DNA of 63,706 nucleotides, filler included, from Choristocarpus tenellus KU-1152 (lineage: Eukaryota > Protista > Phaeophyceae), in NCBI GenBank assembly GCA_964200185.2. It is 13 parts of 13 records of this genome, joined end to end, with 100 filler letters (N's around TTAATTAATTAA, not from the genome) between each part and the next. Parts side by side here need not be neighbours in the genome. Positions count along the whole stretch, not along the records: positions 32,422 to 42,603 come from CAXNAD020003095.1; positions 42,704 to 47,780 come from CAXNAD020011945.1; positions 47,881 to 51,722 come from CAXNAD020017614.1; positions 51,823 to 55,293 come from CAXNAD020019813.1; 9 more parts are not named here. The stretch is one strand, 5' to 3'. The position numbers and the translations under genes were made by a program. Position 1 is the stretch's first letter; every line of letters starts with the position of its first letter. Below, in pieces: positions 38,335-52,069 of the stretch. The notes under the pieces are model-generated. The model had not been told where the DNA came from and did no database searches. It saw nothing but the letters and a program-made list of their open reading frames with translations.

Positions 38335-40353
38335 TGCATATCATGCTGCCATCTCGAGCGCTGTTGTTTGACTTTCCCGTCGTTCATACACATGTACAGG
38401 ATTCGTAGTGTTAAAGCCTTCACTATCACATTTCCTTGTTGAGCGCCGGACATGGGTGTCGTCCGTGTTCCTGGGTGGGTGATATTTTATCATCAGGGTG
38501 CAAGGGAAAGGGAGGACAGGCTTGAGTTGATCGAAAATTGTGTTGATTTCTCAAATGGGTGTAGGTGGGGAGAAAGCCTTAATCAACTTTATACGTCCAA
38601 CTCCAAGTCCAGGAACAAAAGTAAATGTACTGCATCTTGCAAGAAGTGGGAAACACCAAACCATCAGTGTGCAAATAGTCTCAATCTTACCTCCTCTTCT
38701 TCCCTGGCGTCCTTATCGATGGCTACCTCCACCTGCTTCGTGACCTCTTTTAAGTAAAGGATTTGGTGGTATCGAAAAGTCTCCGCAGCTGCCATTGTTA
38801 TGATCACTTTCGGCCTTCTTTCAGGCTTCAGAGCCCTTATAGCCCCTCTAACACCTTCTTTATCGTTTCCTTAAGCCACTCCGGCTCGTATAGCTTCCAA
38901 ACAGTCAGGCCCTGCTGCAACTGTCGACTACTAAGATGTTTTACACCTGAGTAGGCGTTTCCTGGGCACAATGACATGCAGTCCCACTGCTCCCTTCTCC
39001 AATCTTCCCTTGGGGCGGCCACCCCAGTTCTCCCTTCACCCGCCGTGACCAGGCTTCCTCACAGACTTCATCACTGTACCACCTGGTGATGGACTCGCCG
39101 CTTTCTTCCTGCTTTCCCGAGGCGGCAAAGATTGTAGAGCAGTGCTCTGATGTGGTTGAAGGTCCAACCACATTTGTGTGGTACTGCTTTCCATGCATCT
39201 TCTCTCAGCGTCAGTGTCGCGGCCATGTGATCCATTGCGCGATTTGATCATGATGCTGCGCCACACTACTTGTACTTTCTCGTCACCTAACATCGCACTG
39301 AGTGCCACACGGTACTTGCTTTTCTGTCGCCTCTCGACAAAGAAGGTGCTGAGGGTATATCCAGGGTGCAGAGTGGCCTCGGCGGCTCTCCTTGTCCCTC
39401 CACCGTGGTTCAGTTTGCTGTGTGGGTCACGTGTGAGTGTGCTCACAGCCTGTCTGCAAATGGCGCTAGAAAGATGTCCACAAACCTTGTTTTCTTTTCA
39501 GTATCACCACAAGTGATGTACTTGGGCGGCGACCTAACCCGCATTGTTTGTTTGCGGGAGTTCAGCCAATCACTTCATTTTTGTCCGTTTTGAAGTCGTG
39601 AACTTCAAAATTGCGCTAGAGATGTTCCCCCTCGTTTTTTTTTTTTGTAGGATATCCATATATACAAACCTTCAAACGCTCTTGTGATTGTGATAAGCTT
39701 TCTTTCGATATTGTATCACATCAGTAAAATGTCAGAGGGCATAATAAAAATAATATTGTTATATGATTCTTGTGGGGATACGGTGAAACAAACCAAGATT
39801 ACCATAGAGGGCGAAGCTACTGGTACCACTTTATGATTAATGATGTACACGGTACTACATACTCCTACCATATAGTGTATATTGTGTGGGTATGGTAGTA
39901 CGCTTGCTAAGATATCTCTCTGCTCCCCCTCCCTTGTCCCTTGTATTCCTCTCTCTTGTTGCACTCCCCACAGAGGCAGAGATAAGTAATATACTCCAAT
40001 CATATAATATAATCTGGGCGACATAAGGGATCAAATCACACTAACACCCAAATTTTGTTGTGATAGGTTTTCTTCCTAAGAATAAGATTGAAATGCTCTT
40101 TTGAGCAAGACTTCTCCCGCACAAGAGAAGGCCTTACTACACAACCAACAGAAATTCCAGTCTATCTTTTTTGTAGTAAATCTTCTGCAGAGTAGTTACC
40201 AAAATCGCTATCAATACTGAAGTGCCCATAACTTGATTGGAGTCCAAAGGAATCTAATCTCCCTAAACGAAGGTGGGTAATTGAGGGAAATGAGCTCCAG
40301 TTACATCCTGTTACTATACTCATTTTCCTGGGCCATTGCAAACTGATTCTTAC

Positions 40354-40443
40354 CTGTTACGCGCAGGGTGATATTTGCATGACCCGTCAATAGTTGAGCG
40401 TACGTCTCAAATCTCTCGTCTTCCTCAGCGTCATAATTCATAC
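40354..40443 (-). CDS. Candidate 90-bp internal exon of an unknown gene
   Basis: ctctcag|GMNYDAEEDERFETYAQLLTGHANITLRVT|gtaag; canonical sites and open frame only. Confidence 0.35.
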
Positions 40444-42603
40444 CTGAGAGGATACACCCTCCTCGAATTTCAGACCCCAAGCCTACACAAGTCATGCAGA
40501 TTCATAGCCAGTCTTGGATGGATATTATATGTATGTATATATAGGGATAGTACTGTGTAGTGAAAAATGATGTGTGAAGAGTGAGGTCTTGTGGTTGGGA
40601 AGGCCTTACGTGTGGCTCCTCGGTTTCCATGAGAATCCAGAGTCTACATGGCAAGCAGTACAACTTGTACACCTTTATTACTACTAGCCCAAATGTCACC
40701 ACAACATGCGACAATATACCAAGAAAGAGATGTCAAGACTTCATTGCCACATCGAGGCAGGTCTATCACAAGATCTGAGGGAAGCGGTGGAGCAATTGAG
40801 CTGTGGGATATGGCTGGAGCCAACGTTTGAGAGGCAATGCGCAAACAGAGGGAGTAAAATTAGTCGTAGTGAAGCAGTGAAACAGCAGTAGGAGAAGTGC
40901 AATGCACAGTTCCTCTGACCACTGGTCAGGATAGTTCCCAGTGTAACGTGAAGATGGTAAAAATAATAAATAGTGGTGTGAGTTGACCTCCTACAAAACA
41001 TTTAAAAATGCGTATGTATGTGTGTATGTATGCCATAAGGTATTGAAAAATCTCAGGTGTATTTTTTAAAGGCCTTTTCAAGTGTTAAAACTCTTGTGTT
41101 TTGATTCTTGTCTGATCTATTGGGAATATAATTTGATCTATTTTTCGGTTTATGGGGAAAAGGTAGGGTGCAGAGAGAAGAGAAGAATCCAATCTTGGGG
41201 GGGGTGCTGATGAGTATTTGGGGCCCAGCGACTGCCTACTGGTAAGTCTGCCTCTAGTTCTCTGGAGGATGATTTTGTGCTAATGAGGACGAACGTCCTG
41301 TCTCCCTCCTTCTACTGACACAACCTTCTAGGGGGGATTAGTTGCATCGTTTCAGAGGTATGGGAAATGGGGCGTCTGACAGAAGATAAAAAAAAACTAC
41401 ATTCTCACAATGGTTCAAGTAGACACACCCCCATCGACGATACGATGATAAGAGAGAAGAGGGAGGAGCACTATAGTGTCATAATCTGCAGCAGTACAGG
41501 GATACACTATACTGTTTCTGTAAAACTCCAACGTTGTTTGTGCAAGTTTTTTTTTTTTCCCGCAGGAACGTGTAACCCTACGGCAGGAATCAATGTACCA
41601 CTGGCAACTGTCATATTATCTAACGGCAATCTATGATGGCACACACGGCTCAAACTACTCCTAGACTGGCACTATGTAGGTGTGTGTTCTAGAAACAAGT
41701 AAGTAAGATCCAATAAATCTGTTAGGCATTGTTTTGTTCACGAGGTCGGTGCAGTGCACAGGGGAACAGGGTCCCCCCTGTCTTCAGGAATGAGTAACAC
41801 CCGCTGCAGTATTTAAAAAAAACTTTTTTTCACTCATTTTTGAAATCCTAGCCCTATCCCCAACCTCAGCCCTAATCATTACCACTGAGTGAAAAATAAT
41901 TCTAAGCTTCGTTATAAAAGGTGAAAGAATGGGTGCACCTTGAAATTTCCACTTATGCTTTGACCGGACACAATCTGGAGGTTGTACCCTCATCCCTCTC
42001 AGCTGAAAACCCTTACCACCACCATATTTATTAGAGTGAAATGTTTACCTATCCAATAGGATTGCCCTCTATGAATGGTATGCATGATTTTGCGTCGGTG
42101 TGGTTCACTCAGGCAAGAGTGGAAAAGAGAATCACCGGGCAAGATGGACCAGACGGACCAAGACGAACCATGACGAACCATGACCGAGAGGATGAGGTTA
42201 GGGTTGGACGAGTGCAAGGCTGCAAGGACTTGCAGAAATTTGTGGTTTGAGTATCTCATGAGAGGGTGATTAATAAAAATGTCAAGACGCGAGAACAAAG
42301 TGAATCTTTGATGTTTGACAACTCTGAACGTAGAGAGGTCCCTTATCAGTGAGACTGGTCACCTAAAGAGATTCCATGGATTCAGTCTCACGAAAGATCC
42401 TTCACTGGAATACGGGATTTCCTGACAAAGAACCTCAATCAATATGTCGGTATATGACATACAAAATTAACAGTATGATAAGACATAATTTGATAGTAGT
42501 GGTGAAGTAACTGATTAGTAGTTTCCACACTTACAATGTTTTATAGTGTTCTTATGTTTAGGATATTTTATTTCTTTAGGGCTAACAACGACATATATAT
42601 AGT

Positions 42604-42703
42604 NNNNNNNNNNNNNNNNNNNNNNNNNNNNNNNNNNNNNNNNNNNNTTAATTAATTAANNNNNNNNNNNNNNNNNNNNNNNNNNNNNNNNNNNNNNNNN
42701 NNN
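42604..42703. other. Artificial contig linker
   Basis: Same 100-bp linker. Confidence 0.98.
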
Positions 42704-42852
42704 GTCCATTTGGGGTCAATTTTTTCATGTTGCGATTTTTGGATGATTTGGTTCCATACGTCAGATGGATAATGTAAATGCACTTTTCCTGATTTTGACA
42801 CAAATGGACACCCTGGCATAGACTCCCCCCCCTCTCCCAGATACTTTGGGTC
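42704..42852 (-). mobile_element. MITE family B (partial)
   Basis: Reverse B body ending CAGATACTTTGGGTC. Confidence 0.87.
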
Positions 42853-42904
42853 TGTCTTATCAACAAAGTATTGGTTGGCATGGTCACAACTGCCATTTGT
42901 ATAT

Positions 42905-42944
<40 letters not shown>

Positions 42945-42986
42945 CAGTACTTTTTCTTAGTTCACCTCACCCTCTTCATCTCCACT

Positions 42987-43252
42987 GAGTGAAAGTATAT
43001 CTTAGAGGGTACGAAATTTGCCCTGTTTGTGCGTTTTGGGATTTGGCTTCCCACGGGATTTTTTCTTTCGCCATTTTCCTATTCCGAAATGTTACGGAGT
43101 AGATAAAAAAAAATGTATACATTATGAAAAGGTGCGTCTGGAACAAGGATATTTGACATCTCTTAACACCATAGCCAAAACTACATTGACATCGCATCAT
43201 TGAATTTTGACCCCCAAACGGCGCAGCTCTACCCTCTAAGATGCTTTGGCTC
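42987..43252 (+). mobile_element. MITE family A (full length)
   Basis: Both TIRs present; flanks ACT/TCT. Confidence 0.9.
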
Positions 43253-45767
43253 TCTCCTATGTCACAAAAAGGTGCCTTATCAACGAGTAGTGGCAACACA
43301 ACTGCTAAGAGTGGCGAGCAACAAGGCGTCAACTGCCTTCCGACAGCTCAAACACATAGATGGGAAAAAGTGCTCTATGATCAAGCTGCACAGGTGATCT
43401 TTCATGTTTAACCTCGATTTTTTTTTTTGTCGGGGATACCTTCTCGATTGCAATGTACCTCAGTGTTTTAAATTGGGGGGGGGGAAGCGTCTAGTCGGCA
43501 GTCCACCCACTTGCCTGGAAAATCCCCGAGTTCTGTGCAGAATACAATGTGAACTGCAGTCTCGCACAAGAGAGAGCGTTCGGGTTCATGGTTCATATCT
43601 TCGCAGGATATATCTTGTAGAAAATCAATTCTGGGTTTCGATGTTCACATGTTCGAGGCGTTTTTCTGTATCGTGGCGGAGTATTCTAGAAGCATTGTAA
43701 GTGTTCAGTTTTAGTGATTCCTTCTAGAAGCAACAGGTGCTAAGCCAAGCCCCACCACCTACGATGAATGTAACACCCTTCTCTTTTCAACCACGTCATC
43801 ACGTTCAGCGAAGGTGAAGTGTGCAAGGCCCCCATCTCTTTTCCTTTCTCTTTTTTCCGTACTAACACAAACAGTGGTCTAAATCTGCAGAAGTTTCCCT
43901 CAGAAAAACGTTGGAGGTAGGTAGGAGGAGCAGTATAACCTTGACCCTATTTTACCCCAAACAGTAACTATTTCCACATGTGCCGTTAACGGTTTCATTC
44001 TTAGTCATACCGTACTGCCCACTAAACTGAAAAACGAATTATTCATACTGGCATATCTCCTTCAAATAGAACACAGAAACTGTATATGATCGCCCTTCCA
44101 CAGGAGGCATAAGCATTGTCAATCCTGCTTTTGTTGCAAAGTAGATCATATCTCCTTCTGACTTTGTGACAAAGCTTCCAACGCCGTGAGCACAGAAACG
44201 TTTTGTTCAGAGGTCGTCACCCTGTATTGTCTCAGGGAGAAACGCAAGCCCAATAACAAGGATGTGCACTTTGATCTGATAAAGAGAGTTCAGAGCATCG
44301 TTCAAGAACCTGGTGTAATTAAGTCCGATCTCTTCCTGCAGTACATTACTTTTATGGGCATGCGAGTGGAGAGTCAAAAGGGTCCTGAGATCATGGCCAG
44401 ATGGAGCAAGGTGGGAAAATATCATTTAGAGTTTGATATTAGGTTGTAATTATACTACTAGTAATATATTTTTATGCCCCCTGCAATCATATACTTCGAA
44501 ATATGACATCTGTGGGAAAATATAGTTTAGACTTGGATGTTGCATGGTATAACTCGTAACTCCCTTCCTTCAATGAGTTTTTTATATCGAATTCACCATA
44601 ATGAAGAGCACTCTCTGATTGGTCAGTTCAAATTTGGTATTCTAAGTGACATTTGTGATTTGGGAAGGTAGTAGATGGCCTCAAAGAAGGGTGAAACCAA
44701 GGTCTCAATTTGAAAGGTCAGAGCCCTTCCTTCCAGTCAAACCCTAGGCACGTGTATTGATCAAAATAATTTTAACATTGAGATATCACATGACTACCTG
44801 CCCAATGTTTTGGTGCTTGCCGGGATTTGATTCCACATCCTCTGCTCTTGATAGACACTGAAATACCAATGTTCCACCATGAAAGAAACTGGTGGGACTA
44901 TCCGCCTTAGTGGAACAGTGGAATGTCAATCTCCATTTTTGTTTTATGTTTTGTGTCCCGTTTTGATATTTATCAACTTTGGCATTCGTTTCTAAACCAC
45001 ACCCACAATAGTCCCTTAAAGTGGAATTCCAAACCAGTGAGGATGTGGGCCTCCCCCTTGTCCACCTGTAGACATCCAGAACAACCCTGTACCAACGACA
45101 TGTAGAAACATCGCAAATATTTTCCTTCTAGTTTCAAAGTCTAGAAACAGTAGCAGAAATTTTATTGAGTTGTAGGAGTGCTCCTTTCAGGAATGAAGTG
45201 CATCATAAGAAATCTTACATTAGGGCTAAGATTATGCTGGGAAGGAACCCAGCCTTTGATTTTGTTAAACATTGAGACACCATTGGTCCACCGGAGCAGA
45301 TAATCCCCCAACTCTCTGCTCCAATGGAACAGTGGTATCTCAATATTTAACGAGGATGTCCATGATTATCAAAAGAAAGAATCCATCACTGACTAGTAAA
45401 AGGGCAGCAAAATTGCGGAGGTACTCCAACAAGGAACTATCAGAGCGATATCGAGCAAGTTCTGGAGATGTTTGAGGTCAATACTCTGACCATCTGAAGG
45501 CTTTGGAAGGACTACAAGACTCAGAAGGATACTGGCGTTATGGATCCTGACATATTGGTTGGAGACGGAAGGGGAATCCTGCGCACCAAGATATCATCGA
45601 TGATGATGACCAATGAGATGCCCTCAAAAAGATTTCCAAAAAAAAACGACACAACACACCCTAGCCGCTCAGCTGGCTGTCCGGTGGTTTTTCTGCGAGA
45701 CAACATGTAGAAGCTTGGTTCAAGGGCGTGCCCAACATATCTTAAGCTGTTTCTTGCTGATGAGTGT

Positions 45768-46014
45768 GAGTGAAAATGTATGCAAGTTTGCCCTGTTTGT
45801 CTGTTTGGGGCTTGACTTCCCACGTTTTTTTTGTGACACTTTCCTGAACCGAAATGTTTCGGAGTAGGTAAAATGTATACGTTATGAAAAGGAATGTCAG
45901 GAATAAGGACATTGACACTTCCTAACAAACACAATAGCCAAAATTACATCAAAATCGCAACGTTGGATATTGTCCCCCTAACGGACGGGACTCTACCCTT
46001 TAAAATGCTTTGGG
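45768..46014 (+). mobile_element. MITE family A (degraded TIRs)
   Basis: Family A body is clear. Confidence 0.85.
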
Positions 46015-46746
46015 CAATGCAACCTACAAAACTAAGTAGGACAATGCACGTTTCCAAGGACCTGGATCCTCAAAGAGTTTCCATCATTTTGAAGGCTTCG
46101 TCCATGTGGACAAGTGGGTTTCTGTCTACAGGAAGGATCTGAAGTACTACCTCTATGATGTAGAGGGACCCTCTATCCGCATGGTGCAGCACAAGGGCCA
46201 AAGTGCACACTGATTCATTACTAAACGATATTTGCGCCTGAAGGTACTATGAATGTAGGAATCGTCAATATAATCGTGACTTGTTAGTAGTTGCACTGTG
46301 CAAAGTGCGTCAAAGTTTGTTCCATGAAATGTGGCAGAATACAAGGAATTGTGTATGGTGGCTCCAGTCAAAATAGTACATTATAGAAGGAAAGCTTCTA
46401 GCCTTCTAGGTACAATTTCGATGTACTCAAGAAGGGCAGAGAGATCTGGAACTTCTAGAAGCAAATTTGTTCTAGGCGTCTGGTAGTATAAAGTAGAGAG
46501 AGCCCCACAGAGAGGAGTGAGCTTTTCTGCGAAGTTCGATCCATAAGTCCAAGAATGCGCAAGTAATAACAAACAAATAGTAAACATCTCTCATGACACG
46601 CCCAACATAGTGAGAGCCGAGTCTCACTGCCTGAAGGATGGGAGTCCGTGTTGGTAAATGCAGGAGCAAACGAACACACTATAGCTAGGGCAAAGAAGCC
46701 CAGATGCTAAATTCTGTAGTGATTCATTGGGTCCATCTGGAACACA

Positions 46747-46927
46747 GACTCAAAGTATCTGGGGGGAGGGGGGGAGGTTAACACCAGGGTGTCCATTTGT
46801 ACCAAAATCGGGAAAAGTGGTTCTACATTATCCATCCGACGTATGCAACCAAATCATCCAAAAACTGCGACATGAAAAAATTGACCCCAAATGGACAGCC
46901 GCCACCCCCCCCAAAATACTTTGAGCC
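46747..46927 (+). mobile_element. MITE family B (full length)
   Basis: GACTCAAAGTATCTGG...ATACTTTGAGCC; flanks ACA/CCA. Confidence 0.9.
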
Positions 46928-46989
46928 CCAATGGTGCGTAATAGTACAAGTGAGCAATACTGGCTTCAACGTGAATTAAACACACTAGC

Positions 46990-47758
46990 AATACCAGAGA
47001 AAATTCGTTCAAGTTTACACTCTGCTTTAATAGAGTCGTGAAGGAACTTGAGAGGCTGGGGGTATAGTCGTCGGAAGACCAGACCAACATCAGCATCATC
47101 AATTTACTTTTCATGGAGTACAAGATGGAAAGAACAATGCTGTACAGTAACGCATTCCATACATGCACAGGGATCGATACAGTGATTGTGAGGTGATATG
47201 AGCAATGACAAGCAGATCAACGACCCGTTGGAAACACAGCACTTGTAGCAGCAAGCCATGGATTGGATGAGGCCGCAAGGTACCAGCTCTGCAAGAAACT
47301 GGGTTGCATGGCAAAGTACTGGAAGATGAAAAAGGGGAATTCACTCAAGACTGTGCATGTTGCAATGAGTGAGGGCACAAGGCAAGGGATTTCTGTGGGG
47401 GGAAACCCACAGGACAGTCACAATTAAAGATGGGAAGAAGATGTTTCCTCTGTAGCAAGACGGAAAAAATTGTCAAGGACTGCTATAACCAGTCTAATTA
47501 GAGCGGCAGGAACAATGGTAAGGTGTCAGGTCAAAACCACATGAGAGCTCTGATGGCAACCACGGTGGACACGGCTCAGTCAACTATGCAACAGCTTCTT
47601 CAGATGTGGTCGGTGATTTGGTCGAATGGGCATTGGACTCATGGGCAAGGAATCACATGATGCCAGATGCAAGTGACAGAAACACTTTAAAGTCAGCATT
47701 GGGCGCAGCAGTTGAGCTCGCCACGGTTAGAGGTACGGATAAAGTAGCCTAACGGAGT
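46990..47758 (+). pseudogene. Ty1/Copia gag-protease relic
   Basis: RCFLCSKTEKIVKDC (degenerate zinc knuckle, ~47440) then EWALDSWARNHM (WxLDSGAxxHM, ~47625); cut by a MITE start at 47759. Confidence 0.72.
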
Positions 47759-47780
47759 GGGTGAAAGTATCTGGGGGGGG

Positions 47781-47880
47781 NNNNNNNNNNNNNNNNNNNN
47801 NNNNNNNNNNNNNNNNNNNNNNNNTTAATTAATTAANNNNNNNNNNNNNNNNNNNNNNNNNNNNNNNNNNNNNNNNNNNN
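47781..47880. other. Artificial contig linker
   Basis: Same 100-bp linker. Confidence 0.98.
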
Positions 47881-50667
47881 ACGTGGCCACTGCAGTGAGA
47901 AAGGTGGCTGCTGCAGGAGCTGTGGTAGGGGGAGCAGAGGGCAGCCCTGGGCAACAGCGACTCTGTGCTTTGCTAAGAAGGGTAGAAGGCGTGTTGTCTG
48001 GCCTGCGGAAGGGATGAAGCAGTTCTAGAGCAGTTGTGGGTAGAAGATGACGAACCAAGTCTATTTTTGTTAAGGATCATTTTCTTCAACACTTCAGTAA
48101 CATTGACGAGTTGTTTGTGTTGCTACACTACACGTTGACCTCCACCAGAGATGAATTTGCATTTAGTCCTTTCTTGTGCATGTTGTTGAGCGAGCAATCC
48201 GTCCAAAGCATGCATCATACCTGCCTGTTCAATGAACTCCAACTACTGGGTTGCTCCAGGTTGATGAGGATCCCAGACTATTATGTAGTAGTGTATTGAT
48301 TGACAGTATTATTGTTGGGGTTAACCAGTATTCTAGCGTTCCCCAGTTATCCAGGTTTACCAATACAGTTCAGGAATCAGTTTTCCAGAACAGACTTTTC
48401 TACCTGTGAAGTAGAGACACAAAAAGCAAGGTATCTGGCCTACTTACGGATTCATGCCAAACTATCTATCAATTCTATTCTTTTTCCAACTCCTTTTGAA
48501 ACCGTGCAGGCATTAAATGTTCTCGAAGTATTCATGTTCTTGAACACTAACCTTTTCTAAGACTGCTGCAAGATTTTAAACCCTGCTACCCATATCCGTG
48601 CCCATCTAAACCCAAGAGTCTCAGAGTGAAGTTTACGTATAATTATTCTAAAACATGTCACAACATACTGATGTGTAGTCTGCATAATATCTCAGGGTAG
48701 ATATATTTAAAACATACTTCCATGTTAGATACTACGAAACTTCAATTTCAGTGTTTAAGTAAATGTTGAAACAATCTTTAGTTGGTTGGTGAGAGGCATC
48801 ATTGTCAATTAGTTAACTTCACCAGAACAAGACACATAATGGTTGGCAGACTCCTCCCATAGCATTGCCATTTCTCTCCTCCAAGCTCTCCTGTTTTCCA
48901 GAACAAAATCCGATGCCACAGTGTTTCACATACACAAACTTGTTCCTGTATCTTACGATGAAGCTTTTCGAATCATTCACTCAACAGTATGATAAACTTG
49001 GAAGTCTTGATAAAAAAAAGTTGTTACTTAAGGTAAGCACTTTTCAAAAAGAAATAAAACAATGTAATAGAGGCACAGTACAAACTATTCAAGATAAAAA
49101 ATATATACCTCCAAAGGACATAGTAACATCGTACCATGACCGATGCTCTGCATGTGCATGTTTAGTATCATCTTCAGCCATTATTCAAGGGAAGACAATC
49201 ATACCTCTACCTAGAGGCAAGAGAGACACACACTTTCACAGATCAATTTAATGTACGAGTTGAACGAGCTTAGTCAAGCAAAATTGTGTCTTCCAAGTTG
49301 GTATCCTATAGTTCATAAACCTTGCCACCCAAAGCTTGTGGGGGCACAACCAACCAACTGGGCCACAGAGCAGACTTCCTTGGTCCACCCTCCTCTCAAG
49401 CACCCACTACAAATGATCAAGCATCAATCAAGAAGGATATGAATGCTACACGCTACTACAGATTTCCATACAGATACTTGAGACCTCACACAGTTCTCTT
49501 TCCCACACGAGATACAATCCCCCAATCTTGAGGCCGTCACTAAAATAATTTGCCCTTTTAATGCATATCCATGCACGTTGGACACCTCAGGACAAATTGC
49601 AACAACAGAACACAGTACAACATATGCCAATACACAAGCACCTTCCTAGTACCTGCGCCCAGTGAAAAGAGGGTGGTGTATGCATCCAGCAACACGCATG
49701 TGGAGGCAGCAACACACCTCAAACCTTTTCAGTCAGAAGTTGTCAAAAGTTCGGACCTAAGTGGAATGTTGAGAGCAGAAACGTCAAACTTCTCCTACAC
49801 AATAGACCCTGTGCATCATAGTCACCTCCGGCATTGAACCAGGCAATCAAAACACACCACTCACACACAAAGGACACTTGTCACGCCCAATGGGTTCTTT
49901 CTTAGGATGGGGTGGTAAAACCCTAATCCTAATCCAAACCCTTCCTGGCGCCTGTGCTACACGCCAGTCCCGCAGGACTAACAAGTCAACAAAAATTTAA
50001 TGCTTCTAGACAAAAGGTGATACACCTTCCTTGTCACTTCTCAATCTCATCACTTCTGAGAGGAGACAGGAGGATGTGTCAGACAAGATTCACTCGATCA
50101 GACGATTTACAGTGGTAGCAATTTTACCTACTTCCACTCCACGGGCAAACACACAGAACCAAGGTGAAGATCATCACCTCACCAACACAGCAGTCTGTTT
50201 CACCAATACTACAACACCATTGCGCATGAGCCAAAAGAGCGCTCACAGGGGATACAACACAAGCAGTGCATCGCCCAGTACATCAGAGCACTACAATATC
50301 CATGCCCTCCATGCAGTGCCTTAAACCAGTGCAGCTTTCTCACCACTGCCCAAAGAGGACCCAGGGTCAACCACAAACAAACACACTCACACATAAAACA
50401 CAAACAACACACAAGGTTGTCCAAGCGGACCAAGAGTAGACCTCAGACTTGAATTACCGTACAGGCATTAAATTGATGCAACTCATTCTCAGTAGTACAC
50501 AATGCTTTCCCATCAATCACCATCCCTACACGACCCTTCAAGTACTGCACCAACCGTTATGCCCATGAGGTCTCTTCCTCAGCCCATCTCTACACCAAGA
50601 ATGGCGTGCATACAAAAAAGCCTAGCCATAGGGTTTGAACAGTAGGTTCCAAGCAACCTGTAACATT

Positions 50668-50769
50668 TCAAATAGACGGGTTTTTCTTTCTTAGTGCAGA
50701 TTTGTACGAAAGGATGTCTCCATTCCATGGCACCACCCCCCCATCAACCACCCAGATCTCCTGTGCCAC
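50668..50769 (-). CDS. ABCF2: ABC-F ATPase (ABCF2/ARB1-like), terminal exon
   Basis: gcacag|VAQEIWVVDGGVVPWNGDILSYKSALRKKNPSI*; in phase with upstream exon. Confidence 0.88.
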   Translation of the reverse strand: MAQEIWVVDGGVVPWNGDILSYKSALRKKNPSI

Positions 50770-51416
50770 CTGTGCAATGGTTGAAAAAGTGTCAGTTTTT
50801 TCATTATATAGCAAAATGTCATCAGGTTGAGAAACCCAAAAATGTCAGTAACACAGGGTGTACCCGAGATTAGGAGGAGTAGGGAAATTACGACTTTACC
50901 CAAAAGGCACAGACATAAAAATATGTTTATCCCTGTAAGTTCTGTTAAACCCAGGTGACTAATACTGCACTATGGGATAAGTTACACCTTGCTGTGAGGT
51001 GTAACATATACAGTTACAACTGCATGGAGGGGCAGGAGGGAGAACAACATGGGAGAGGGGTGGGAGAGGGGGGAGTAGGCTCTTATTTCTTTCGTATACT
51101 GGGCACAACATGGTATTTGTTTACATAAAATATAACTCACCTAACTCTCATCAACTTCACCCTCCAGTAAAAGACAATGAAAAGGACCCAAAAAAAAATC
51201 TACACGCAACACAAGACAATCCTTGACTCACAAAAACCCCTCTGTACAGGTTAAATTCCTCCTGCAAACATGTACCACGCAACAAACGCAATGGAAATTT
51301 CAGTGATAGAATAGAACCCAACCCCGCCCTAACCCTAAATATCATAACCCCCCCCCCAAAAAACAAACAACAAAAACACTCAAAAGAGAAAAAAAATTCC
51401 GATCATCACACTTCAC

Positions 51417-51597
51417 CTGTTGAAGCAGGCGGAAGTCATGACTAATTACGACCACTCCACCCTCAAATTTCTTGACAGCATCAGCCATGGAGTCAATCAT
51501 CTCCATTGAGGCGTGATTGGTGGGCTCATCGAGAAGGAGCATATGCGGTCGTTGAAGGGCAATCTCTGCAAACACCAGTCGAGTCCTAAGACCATCA
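51417..51597 (-). CDS. ABCF2: ABC-F ATPase (ABCF2/ARB1-like), penultimate exon, NBD2
   Basis: ctgcag|(S)DGLRTRLVFAEIAL...LLLDEPTNH...GGVVVISHDFRLLQQ|gtgaag; SDG signature variant and SHDFRL are typical of ABCF2. Confidence 0.92.
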
Positions 51598-51722
51598 CTG
51601 CAGCAACCAAGTGTGTAACAATGGGCAAGAGGAAGAAATTGGACGGAAGAGGGGGAGTGTGCAACAGCAAAATAGGGGCAGGCAGGCAGGCAGGGGGGGG
51701 GGGGGGGGGGGGGGGGTGGGAG

Positions 51723-51822
51723 NNNNNNNNNNNNNNNNNNNNNNNNNNNNNNNNNNNNNNNNNNNNTTAATTAATTAANNNNNNNNNNNNNNNNNNNNNN
51801 NNNNNNNNNNNNNNNNNNNNNN
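51723..51822. other. Artificial contig linker
   Basis: Same 100-bp linker. Confidence 0.98.
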
Positions 51823-51872
51823 ATTTTGATCCCCAAATGGACGCGGCTCTACCCTCTAAGATACTTTGGCTC
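51823..51872 (+). mobile_element. MITE A right end
   Basis: AAATGGACGCGGCTCTACCCTCTAAGATACTTTGGCTC. Confidence 0.85.
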
Positions 51873-52069
51873 TCTTATGAAATGTTGCTGGTGGGACTGA
51901 TGGGGACCTCGTGCTTATGTTAACACTGGATTGTGGAGCTTTTTGTGGGGTTGAAGTATAGTAAGGTGACGTGAGCAAGCGCAGCCCTGTTGTGTGTGTG
52001 CTGATCTCAGGTCCTATTGTGTAATATTCAAAGGGGGATGGGTCGGGGGTGAGGTCCTTATTGTTCGTA

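Noticed and set aside
48865-49630. Helitron N-terminal relic (CSACAC; ALKGQII)
   Set aside because: The two hints are on opposite strands and no Rep or helicase motifs were found
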